The position numbers were made by a program, and so were the translations under genes. From Dehalococcoidia bacterium (GTDB lineage: Bacteria; Chloroflexota; Dehalococcoidia; SHYD01), in contig CBDDEI010000002.1 in NCBI GenBank assembly GCA_965226775.1, positions 2,082,467 through 2,146,466 on the forward strand: DNA of 64,000 nt, in the 5' to 3' direction. The first letter of the stretch is position 1; each line of letters begins with the position of its first letter. Below, piece after piece: positions 1-9,431 of this stretch. The notes beneath the pieces were generated by a model. The model saw only the letters and a program-made list of their open reading frames with translations. It searched no databases and was not told the DNA's origin.

Positions 1-378
1 GTTTGCGGCGGGCTCACCGGCGTCATGGAAGCTGTCTGCAAGGGCGCTCGCCAGGCCGGCGGGCACACCATTGGGCTCCTGCCCGGCTCGGAACGGTCGG
101 ATGCCAACTCCTACATCGAGTTTGCGCTGCCCACCGGCATGGGCCACGCCCGGAACGCGCTGGTGGCACGGTCGGCTCACGCGGTTATCGCCATAGACGG
201 CAGCTACGGCACGCTCTCCGAGATGGCTTTCGCGCTCGCCTTTGGCACACCCATCATCGGGCTCAACACCTGGGAGATAGGCCTGGAGGGTCAGCAGGAC
301 ACCGGGGTTATCAGGGTCGCCAGCCCGCAAGAGGCGGTTGAGCGGGCACTGGCCGCCGCACAAACACATTCATCCTAG
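1..378 (+). CDS. LOG-like / TIGR00725-type Rossmann-fold protein (5' partial, continues upstream of window)
   Basis: Frame 1 is open from base 1. Translation GGLTGVMEAVCKGA...AIDGSYGTLSEMAFALAFGTPIIGL resembles the LOG/YvdD/TIGR00725 family. Confidence 0.5.
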   Translation, partial: VCGGLTGVMEAVCKGARQAGGHTIGLLPGSERSDANSYIEFALPTGMGHARNALVARSAHAVIAIDGSYGTLSEMAFALAFGTPIIGLNTWEIGLEGQQDTGVIRVASPQEAVERALAAAQTHSS

Positions 379-1812
<1,434 letters not shown>

Positions 1813-1838
1813 AAAGCCTGGGTTTCTGTCTCTATTTT

Positions 1839-1847
1839 TGCTATAAT
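1839..1847 (+). promoter_or_regulatory. Extended -10 element TGCTATAAT upstream of purF
   Basis: tgcTATAAT is seen about 60 nt upstream of the purF ATG. The -35 is weak. Confidence 0.3.
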
Positions 1848-1908
1848 CAATTTGCCTAGTTCTCACCGTTAGGTTTGCCCTGCAGCAGAGGAGTATCACA
1901 CGCCCCAA

Positions 1909-3387
1909 ATGCACCGGGCCCCCCAAGATGAGTCCGCAGCGCAAGATCAGCTTCACGAGGCTTGCGGAGTCTTTGGTATCTACGCCCCAGGCGAAGATGT
2001 CGCCAGGATGACCTTCTACGGTCTCTATGCGCTACAGCACCGGGGACAGGAGAGCGCCGGCATCGCCTCCGCTTACAAAGACAAGATTAACGTCCACACC
2101 GGCATGGGACTCGTCACCCACGCTTTTGAAGAGGCAGACCTCATTGCCCTCCGCGGCGACATGGCTATAGGCCACACCCGCTACTCCACCACCGGCTCCA
2201 CCCATCCCCGCAACGCGCAGCCCTTCATTGCTGAGGGTGAGCTGGGCCAAATCGCCCTCTCTCACAATGGCAACGTGGTTAATGCCGGGGACCTGCAGGC
2301 AGAGCTGCGTGAGCAGGGCAAGACCTTCTCATCTTCCACCGACTCCGAGGTCATTGCCGTTGCGATTGCCCACGCGCCGGGAGACACCTGGGTAGAAAAG
2401 ATCAGGCACGCATTGCGCCGGTTTAGCGGCGCATATTGTTTGACCCTCCTGACCAAAGACAGCGTTATTGCCGTGAGAGACCCCATGGGCATCCGTCCCC
2501 TCTGTCTCGGCAAGCTCAACGGCAGTTGGGTGGTGGCCTCCGAAACCTGCGCGTTGGACCATCTGGGCGCACAGTACATCCGGGACATCGATCCCGGCGA
2601 GATGGTAGTCCTTGACAGCGCCGGCGTCACCAGCCATCAAGTCGAGGAATCGCCGCGCCAGGCCTTCTGCATCTTTGAGCACATCTACTTCGCCCGACCG
2701 GACAGCGTCCTGAACGGACGGCTGACTTATCTCTCCCGCGAACGCATGGGCGAACGCCTGTCGGAGGAGCATCCTGTGGAGGCCGATATCGTCATCGGCA
2801 CGCCGGACTCCGCCATCCCTGCCGCCATCGGCTACGCTAAAGCCTCCGGCATTCCCTACAGTGAGGGGCTTATCAAGAACCGCTACGTGGGCCGCACCTT
2901 CATTCAGCCCGACCAGCGCATCCGCGCCCTAGGCGTGCAGCTTAAGTTCAACCCGCTGCCAGAAGTGCTGCAAGGGAAACGCCTGATAGTGGTGGACGAT
3001 AGTATTGTGCGGGGCACTACTACCCCTCGCGTCGTGGGCCTGCTACGGCGCGCCGGCGCAAAAGAAGTGCACCTGCGTATCTGCTCCCCGCCTATCAAGA
3101 ACCCCTGCTTCTTCGGGGTAGACATGGCGTCGAAGAGCGAGCTTATCGCTGCGCAGCACAGCATACCTGCAATCCGGGACATCGTGGGCGCCGACTCTCT
3201 CGGTTACCTAAGCCTTGCCGGCCTGGAATGGGCCATCAATTTGCCAGACAGCGTCCTCTGCACCGCCTGTATAAGCGGCAACTACCCCTTGCCGGTACAG
3301 CTGGAGCTAGACAAGCTTGCGTTGGAGTCCGGATGGGCGCTGGACCCGGACCGGCAGAGCGGCGCTGCCGGCGACCGCCTCAAGTAG
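1909..3387 (+). CDS. purF: Amidophosphoribosyltransferase
   Basis: N-terminal propeptide followed by CGVFGI. Gln-amidotransferase class II and PRTase motifs (DDSIVRGTT) are present. Confidence 0.95.
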   Translation: MHRAPQDESAAQDQLHEACGVFGIYAPGEDVARMTFYGLYALQHRGQESAGIASAYKDKINVHTGMGLVTHAFEEADLIALRGDMAIGHTRYSTTGSTHPRNAQPFIAEGELGQIALSHNGNVVNAGDLQAELREQGKTFSSSTDSEVIAVAIAHAPGDTWVEKIRHALRRFSGAYCLTLLTKDSVIAVRDPMGIRPLCLGKLNGSWVVASETCALDHLGAQYIRDIDPGEMVVLDSAGVTSHQVEESPRQAFCIFEHIYFARPDSVLNGRLTYLSRERMGERLSEEHPVEADIVIGTPDSAIPAAIGYAKASGIPYSEGLIKNRYVGRTFIQPDQRIRALGVQLKFNPLPEVLQGKRLIVVDDSIVRGTTTPRVVGLLRRAGAKEVHLRICSPPIKNPCFFGVDMASKSELIAAQHSIPAIRDIVGADSLGYLSLAGLEWAINLPDSVLCTACISGNYPLPVQLELDKLALESGWALDPDRQSGAAGDRLK

Positions 3388-3504
3388 TTCGCCACCCGTG
3401 CCTGCACAGGCCAACCTACTCGACACAATCTGCACTTTCGTCCCCTAATAAGCTCGCCCGCAAGAATCGGGTGAGTTAACGCACAACGTGACTAGGAGCA
3501 TGCC

Positions 3505-5067
3505 ATGCGGGCAATACTGAGTGTCTACGACAAGACCCAACTCCAGGAGCTGGCCGCTGGCCTTACTGCGCTGGGCGTTGAGCTTTTCAGCACTGGCGGC
3601 ACCAAGAAAGCCTTAGAGGACGCCCGCATCCCGGTGCGCGCAGTAGAAGACCTCACCGGTTTCCCTGAGATGATGGACGGCCGCGTCAAGACCCTGCATC
3701 CTGCGGTCCACGGCGGCATTCTGGCCCGCAGAGACGTCCCGCAGGACATGGCCCAACTGCAGCAACACGGCTTTGGCCCCCTGGACATGGTGGTGGGCAA
3801 CCTCTATCCCTTCGTGGCTACCATTGCACAACCCGGCGTTGCGCTATCCGATGCGCTGGAGAACATCGACATCGGTGGGCCGACAATGCTGCGCGCGGCT
3901 GCCAAGAACCACCCCAGCGTGTGGGTAGTCACCGACCCCCAGGACTACGAGCCGGTGCTCGATGCGCTGAAGCAGGGCGAGAACGATGACAACCGCGCGT
4001 TCCGTCGCCGTCTTGCGGCTAAGGCCTTCCAGCACGTGGCCTACTACGATACGGTCATCGCCGGCTACCTGCGTGGCGAAGACGACCCGTTCCCCGAGGA
4101 GCTCACCCTGGCATACCAGCGCAAACAAACGCTCCGCTATGGCGAGAACCCCCACCAGAAGGGTGCGCTCTACCAGGAGCCGCTGATTGGGTTCAGCAGC
4201 CTGGTGGTCGGCGAGCGGCTCATGGGGCAGCAGCCCTCCCTCTGCAATTTCTACGACCTCTCTGCGGCGCTGGAGACGGTGCGAGACCATCCCGACCGCG
4301 CTGCGGCGGTGGTGATTAAGCACGCCACACCCAGCGGCTTCGCCTTTGGCGCAACACCGGCGGAGGCGCTGCAGAAGGCCATCCATGCGGATGCTACCTC
4401 TGCCTTCGGCGGGATCATCGGCCTCAACAGGATGCTGGACGTAGACACCGCCCAGGTAGTGGCCGCGTTCAAAGAGGACGAAGCATCCAACATTGATGCT
4501 ATCGTCGCGCCAGGCATCGAACCGGAGGCCAAGGAGATCCTGGAAAAGACCCGCCGGCGCACCATCCTCTACTCCGTGCCCGCCATTCAGCGGCTTCCCG
4601 CTGGCTATCGAAACCTGAAGCAGATCCCAGGCGGGCTGCTCTATCAAGAGGCGGACGTGCTGCCCATCCAGACCACGGACTGGAAGGTGGTCACAGAGGT
4701 AGCGCCCACGCCTGAGCAGATGGAGGCCATGCAAGAAGCATGGTCGCTGCTGCGGCGCATTCGTTCCAACACTATCCTCATCTGGAACGGCACGGAGAAG
4801 GTTACGCTGGGCATCGGCAGCGGGCAGGTGAGCCGCGTGGGTGCGGCCAAGCTCGCGCTGCAGCAGGCGGGAGAGCGTGCCAAGGGCGCTGTCCTGGCCT
4901 CGGACAGCTTCTTCCCCTTCCAGGACTCGGTAGAGCTTGCGGCCAGCTATGGCATCGCTGCGGTGGTGCAGCAAGGCGGCTCAATTAACGACGGTGCATC
5001 CATAGCCGCCGCAAACGCCGCCGGCATCCCCATGGTACTCACAGGCCAGCGCGCCTTCTGGCACTAG
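3505..5067 (+). CDS. purH: Bifunctional AICAR transformylase / IMP cyclohydrolase
   Basis: MRAILSVYDKT...GGTKKAL MGS-like N-domain plus AICARFT domain. Length is 520 aa. Confidence 0.95.
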   Translation: MRAILSVYDKTQLQELAAGLTALGVELFSTGGTKKALEDARIPVRAVEDLTGFPEMMDGRVKTLHPAVHGGILARRDVPQDMAQLQQHGFGPLDMVVGNLYPFVATIAQPGVALSDALENIDIGGPTMLRAAAKNHPSVWVVTDPQDYEPVLDALKQGENDDNRAFRRRLAAKAFQHVAYYDTVIAGYLRGEDDPFPEELTLAYQRKQTLRYGENPHQKGALYQEPLIGFSSLVVGERLMGQQPSLCNFYDLSAALETVRDHPDRAAAVVIKHATPSGFAFGATPAEALQKAIHADATSAFGGIIGLNRMLDVDTAQVVAAFKEDEASNIDAIVAPGIEPEAKEILEKTRRRTILYSVPAIQRLPAGYRNLKQIPGGLLYQEADVLPIQTTDWKVVTEVAPTPEQMEAMQEAWSLLRRIRSNTILIWNGTEKVTLGIGSGQVSRVGAAKLALQQAGERAKGAVLASDSFFPFQDSVELAASYGIAAVVQQGGSINDGASIAAANAAGIPMVLTGQRAFWH

Positions 5068-5090
5068 ACTAACGCCCGTTCCTCTACCCC

Positions 5091-5897
5091 ATGACGACGC
5101 CAAGCGGATCGCCTTCTTCAGACCTACCCGCTGGGCGGCTGCCCCATACGGTAACCACTGTGGAGACCGCCGCCGGCCTCATTAAGCCCCAACGTGTGGA
5201 TGTGGTCATCCCTGTGTACAACGAGGCGCACGTGCTGGCGGGAAGCATCGAGCAGCTGCGCGCCTTTCTCTCCGCTCACCTCCAGCCGCACCGGTGGCGC
5301 ATCGTCGTCGCAAACAACGCCTCCACCGACCACACGCTGGAAGTGGCCCAGCAGCTGGCCCAGACCTACCCAGAAGAGGTTGGCTACGTCCACCTCGACC
5401 AGAAGGGCCGCGGCAGAGCCCTCAAGCGGGCCTGGCTGGAGAGCGACGCCGACATCCTGAGCTACATGGACGTGGACCTCTCTACGGGGTTAGAGGCCTT
5501 CCCTTTGCTGGTGCAAGCCATCATCAACGGCTATGACGTTGCTACCGGCTCCCGGCTCATGCCGGAGTCCCAGACCAGCCGCTCCGCCAAGCGTGAGTTC
5601 ATCTCCCGCACGTACAATCTCATCGTCCGCCTCAGCCACGGATCTAAGGTTATCGATGCCCAATGCGGCTTCAAAGCCATCAGCCGCCCGGCGGTGCAGG
5701 ATCTAGTGCCCTTGGTGGAGAACAACGAGTGGTTCTTTGACACGGAACTCCTACTCTTGGCTCAGCAGCGCGGCTACACGATCAAAGAGCTCCCTGTCCG
5801 CTGGGTAGAAGACCCGGACACCCGTGTGAACATCCTCCGCACTGCCCTAGAAGACCTGCGCGGCCTAGTGCGTGTCCGCTTCCGCCCGCCCAAGTAG
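5091..5897 (+). CDS. Family 2 glycosyltransferase (polyprenyl-phosphate glycosyltransferase-like)
   Basis: VVIPVYNE...MDVDLS GT2 signature (DxD). Confidence 0.8.
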   Translation: MTTPSGSPSSDLPAGRLPHTVTTVETAAGLIKPQRVDVVIPVYNEAHVLAGSIEQLRAFLSAHLQPHRWRIVVANNASTDHTLEVAQQLAQTYPEEVGYVHLDQKGRGRALKRAWLESDADILSYMDVDLSTGLEAFPLLVQAIINGYDVATGSRLMPESQTSRSAKREFISRTYNLIVRLSHGSKVIDAQCGFKAISRPAVQDLVPLVENNEWFFDTELLLLAQQRGYTIKELPVRWVEDPDTRVNILRTALEDLRGLVRVRFRPPK

Positions 5898-6000
5898 CCC
5901 TCTCCACCTTCCGCCAGTCATCCGCTATTCTCAGGGTGCGCACGCGCCGTGTATACTCATGTCAAATAACAACCTCGTCTAGAAAGCGTTAGGTAACCCT

Positions 6001-7851
6001 ATGAACATCGTCGTTTGCATCAAGCAAGTGCCCAACGTGGCCCAGATCAAGTTCGACTCCGAAACCCGCACCCTCGTGCGAGAAGGCGTCACGCTCCAGC
6101 TCAACTCCCTGGATCGTCGCGCCATCACCCAAGCCATACGCTTGAAGGAAGCGCACGGTGGAACCGTTACCTTTATCACCATGGGCCCACCTCAGGCGAA
6201 ATCGGCGCTGGCCGAGGCTATGGCCACCGGCGGCGACCGCGCCATCCACCTCAATGACCGCGCCTTTGCTGGCTCGGACACCCTTGCCACTGCCCGAACG
6301 CTGGCAACCGCTATTAAGAAGCTGGATTACGACGTGATCATCTGCGGCCGCTTCACCAACGACTCCGAGACGGGCCAGGTAGGACCGGAAGTTGCCGAAC
6401 TCCTAGGTATACCGCACGCAACCAACGCCCGAACAGTGGAGTACGAGCCCGTCGGCGGCAAAATGCTCGTGACCCGGGAGATAGAGGAGGGTTGGGACAA
6501 GTGGGAGCTTGATCTGCCCTGTCTGTTCACTGCAGGCGAGTTCCTCATCCTCTCCATCCGTCCCAGCGCCGCGGAAGTTGAAGCCGCCATGGCCCAGGAA
6601 GTAGAGGTCTGGACTGCTGCCGATCTTGGTCTCTTGCCGGAAGAGGTAGGTCTAGCCGGCTCCCCCACTTCCGTCTCAGAGATTCGAGAGATGCACGTTG
6701 ACCGGCGCCAGCAGGTCGTTAGTGGCGCTAACCCGGAGCAGGCCGCCGGTCAAATGGTGGACTATCTCCTCAAAGAAGGCCTCTACACTCCCTGGCAACG
6801 CTCCATCGCATCGCTGCCGCCACGCGCTTCTGCTGCCGCACCGGGCACGGCACAAGCCGTCTGGGTAATCCCTGAACTAGCCCAAGGACAGATACGCGGC
6901 GTGACCTATGAGCTATTGAGCAAGGCGGCGGAGCTGGCGCAACGGCTTAACAGCGAAGTTGCTGCCGTCCTCATTGGCAACAACGTTAGCGCACAGGCGG
7001 AAGTCCTGGCTAGCTACGGCGCAGACCGGGTCTACGTAGCAGACCATCCTGATCTGGACCACTACCACACTCTGCGGTACACACAGGTACTGGCAGAGGC
7101 CATTGCCAGCCATAAGCCGTACGCCGTGCTCTTCCCCGCCAGCATCAACGGGCGGGACCTGGCCCCCAGGGTAGCCGCTCGCTTGGGCCTGGGCCTCACT
7201 GGCGACTGCATTGGCCTGGAGATCGATGACCAGCAGCGGCTAGTGCAGCTTAAGCCCGCGTTCGGCGGCAACATCGTGGCTCCCATCCTTACGCGCACCA
7301 CACCGGCTATGTGCACCGTACGCCCGGGCGTCCTGGACCGCCTGGCTCCGGCCTCAGGGCGAACAGCCGCTATCGAAGCGCTGTCCCTGGGCCAGTGGCA
7401 AGAGAACCACATGCGCCACCTTGGCCTTGAGCGCCTTCCCGGCGATGAGGGCCTCGCCTTAGAAGAGGCCGAGGCGCTGGTGGGTGTGGGCAACGGCGTG
7501 TCCCTCCCCGACGACCTGCCGCTCTTCCAGGAGCTGGCGCAGCTTGTAGACGGCAGCATCGCTACCACCCTACGAGTAGTAGCCAATGGGCAGCTGCCAG
7601 GGCCGTTGCAGGTGGGCCTCACCGGACGGTCGGTTGCCCCCCGCTTCTACATCACCTCAGGTATTTCAGGAGCGTTGAATCACTTAATCGGCGTTCAGAA
7701 GTCCGAGCACATCGTCGCTATCAACAACGATCCTGAAGCGCCCATCTTCAAGAGTTGCGACTTCGGCATCATTGGTGACTACAAGACGCTGGTTCCCGCG
7801 GTCATCGACCAACTGAAGGCCGCCAAGGCTGAATCCGGCAGGGCACACTAA
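6001..7851 (+). CDS. Fused electron transfer flavoprotein, beta subunit fused to alpha subunit (EtfB-EtfA single polypeptide)
   Basis: The N-terminal ~250 aa are EtfB-like (MNIVVCIKQVPN...). The C-terminal ~320 aa are EtfA-like, with the FAD signature YITSGISGALNHLIGVQKSEHIVAINNDPEAPIF. Confidence 0.85.
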   Translation: MNIVVCIKQVPNVAQIKFDSETRTLVREGVTLQLNSLDRRAITQAIRLKEAHGGTVTFITMGPPQAKSALAEAMATGGDRAIHLNDRAFAGSDTLATARTLATAIKKLDYDVIICGRFTNDSETGQVGPEVAELLGIPHATNARTVEYEPVGGKMLVTREIEEGWDKWELDLPCLFTAGEFLILSIRPSAAEVEAAMAQEVEVWTAADLGLLPEEVGLAGSPTSVSEIREMHVDRRQQVVSGANPEQAAGQMVDYLLKEGLYTPWQRSIASLPPRASAAAPGTAQAVWVIPELAQGQIRGVTYELLSKAAELAQRLNSEVAAVLIGNNVSAQAEVLASYGADRVYVADHPDLDHYHTLRYTQVLAEAIASHKPYAVLFPASINGRDLAPRVAARLGLGLTGDCIGLEIDDQQRLVQLKPAFGGNIVAPILTRTTPAMCTVRPGVLDRLAPASGRTAAIEALSLGQWQENHMRHLGLERLPGDEGLALEEAEALVGVGNGVSLPDDLPLFQELAQLVDGSIATTLRVVANGQLPGPLQVGLTGRSVAPRFYITSGISGALNHLIGVQKSEHIVAINNDPEAPIFKSCDFGIIGDYKTLVPAVIDQLKAAKAESGRAH

Positions 7852-7906
7852 CACCACAAGCCCTTGGGAGAAGCATCCGTGGCAAAGGGTTGGTTCTTCC
7901 TAGGGT

Positions 7907-8962
7907 GTGCCGGCATCTTCGCGCTGGTGGCGCTGCTCGTCCTCAGGCGGCCCTTCTAACGAGCCGGCCCCAAGCGTTGCGGCCGCTCCTGCGGCTCCCC
8001 TTGCCGCCACGGCGCTGAGCAATCCTCCTGAAGTCACAGAGGGCGGCGCAGGCCCCCTCCTCGCGCCGGACTACCAGGAGCCAGACCCTACGCCTGCACC
8101 ACCGCAAGCGCCCACGATACCGGACGTGGCCGCGGAGGCCTACATTGAGGAGGGTGCAGGCCCCATCCTCGTGCCGGACTACCAGAAGCCAGACCCTACG
8201 CCTGCACCGCCGGAAGCGCCCAAGCTACCGGGCGTGGTTGCGAAGGCCTACATAGTGGTGGACGCGGCAACGGGCGCCGTGCTGGCAGAGCATCAGGCCC
8301 ATCAGCGGCGTCCTGTCGCAAGCCTTACCAAGATCATGACTGCGCTCTTAGTGCTGGAGCAGGCTCGCCTCGATGAAGTCGTCACGGTAGACGATGCCAT
8401 AAGCAGGCTGTCTCGCCGCAGCACGGTTATGGGCGTTGTCCCTGGCGAGCAGCTTACGGTGCGTGACCTGCTCTATGGCATGATGCTCCCTTCTGGTAAC
8501 GACGCCGCGCTGGCGTTAGCTATCCATGTAGGCGGCGCCGAGAGCGCTTTTGTGGGCATGATGAACGAGCGCGCAGACGGGCTGGAGATGAAGAACACCC
8601 ACTTCGCCAACTCTCATGGCCTGGATTCCCGTCGCGGCAACCACTACAGCAGCGCCTACGACCTCTCCCTGCTGACCCGCGTCGCCATGGAGAACGCTAC
8701 CTTCCGGGAGATCGTGGCGACCTACTCATGGAGCGCCCAGGGACTGCTGCAACCCTACGGCTTGTACAACCGCAACTCACTGATCAACAGGTACGCTGGA
8801 GCAGATGGTGTGAAGATTGGCTACACCCGCCGCGCCGGCCAGACCATCGTCGGCTCTGCGGTGCGCAAAGAAACACGCCTGCTGGCCGTTGCGTTAGGCA
8901 GCACCCAGTCCATTACCGACGCCATTCGTCTGCTGGACTTTGGGTTTCAGCAACCTCCCTAG
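7907..8962 (+). CDS. D-alanyl-D-alanine carboxypeptidase (serine type, PBP5/DacF-like) with a Pro-rich N-terminal tether. The probable authentic start is GTG 7879, in another frame (frameshift about 7945-7960).
   Basis: SLTKIMTAL (SxxK), SGND and KIGYT motifs. A ~25-aa internal tandem repeat (EGGAGPLLAPDYQEPDPTPAPP). The short ORF 7879..7959 encodes the TM anchor VAKGWFFLGCAGIFALVALLVLRRPF and is preceded by a GGGAG RBS. Confidence 0.8.
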   Translation: MPASSRWWRCSSSGGPSNEPAPSVAAAPAAPLAATALSNPPEVTEGGAGPLLAPDYQEPDPTPAPPQAPTIPDVAAEAYIEEGAGPILVPDYQKPDPTPAPPEAPKLPGVVAKAYIVVDAATGAVLAEHQAHQRRPVASLTKIMTALLVLEQARLDEVVTVDDAISRLSRRSTVMGVVPGEQLTVRDLLYGMMLPSGNDAALALAIHVGGAESAFVGMMNERADGLEMKNTHFANSHGLDSRRGNHYSSAYDLSLLTRVAMENATFREIVATYSWSAQGLLQPYGLYNRNSLINRYAGADGVKIGYTRRAGQTIVGSAVRKETRLLAVALGSTQSITDAIRLLDFGFQQPP

Positions 8963-9150
8963 CTCCTCTGAACACGTTGCGCCGCCAACGACCTCCGCCA
9001 ATCCGGCTTCCCGCTCTGCCTCGTTGTCGTATGTGGCAGCAAGCCGCGCGCTCCTGTACCTGGCAGCGCGCTCCTGTAAGCGCCGGCAACGCTACGCCCC
9101 GTAAGCTGCTATCCAGGCTGTGACACGATGCCGACCGCTGCTCTCGCTTC

Positions 9151-9179
9151 TTGTAGCCGTGCTGCCAAGCTGATACAAT
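9151..9179 (+). promoter_or_regulatory. Near-consensus sigma70-type promoter for tRNA-His (TTGTAG-N17-TACAAT)
   Basis: -35 at 9151-9156 and -10 at 9174-9179, about 36 nt upstream of the tRNA. It is absent from the duplicated copy. Confidence 0.45.
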
Positions 9180-9214
9180 ACCTATGCGCCCGCTTCTAGC
9201 GGGCACCATTGCGC

Positions 9215-9291
9215 GGTGGGCGTAGCCGAGTGGTTAAGGCGCCTGGTTGTGGCCCAGGAGAACGTGGGTTCGAACCCCACCGTCCACCCCA
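9215..9291 (+). tRNA. tRNA-His (anticodon GTG), with G-1 and encoded CCA
   Basis: Cloverleaf by hand: acceptor GTGGGCG/CGTCCAC, G-1 opposite C73, anticodon loop TTGTGGC, T-arm GTGGGTTCGAACCCCAC. Confidence 0.85.
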
Positions 9292-9350
9292 TTCTCCCCT
9301 AGAGAGTGCTCCTCCTACACAAACTTCCCCAACATCCCCAGCAACAAACA

Positions 9351-9383
9351 GCCGCCGCGAGCATGGCTCGCGGCGGCTTTGTT
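9351..9383. terminator. Bidirectional rho-independent terminator between tRNA-His (+) and the binding-protein gene (-)
   Basis: GCCGCCGCGAGC-atgg-CTCGCGGCGGC followed by TTTGTT. It is palindromic, with a T/A tract on both sides. Confidence 0.75.
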
Positions 9384-9431
9384 CTAGCGGTCTGATGAGG
9401 AGAGTAACCTCCTCTCAGCTGCGCCTAGTTG

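Noticed and set aside
3844-4974. Long antisense ORFs inside purH (376 aa). Similar cases: 13651-14685 opposite the third binding-protein gene, 25749-26861 and 26432-27187 in the glycosylation locus, 7062-7622 inside the etf gene.
   Set aside because: High-GC DNA gives long stop-free antisense frames. The translations are Arg/Ala/Gly-rich low-complexity sequences with no domain. The sense-strand genes are unambiguous.
9033-9078. Imperfect about 20-bp direct repeat TGGCAGC(aagcc)GCGCGCTCCTGTA x2 between the carboxypeptidase gene and the tRNA-His promoter
   Set aside because: The repeat is short and GC-rich, with no second occurrence in the window, and no function can be assigned. It may be part of the carboxypeptidase 3'UTR or the tRNA upstream region.
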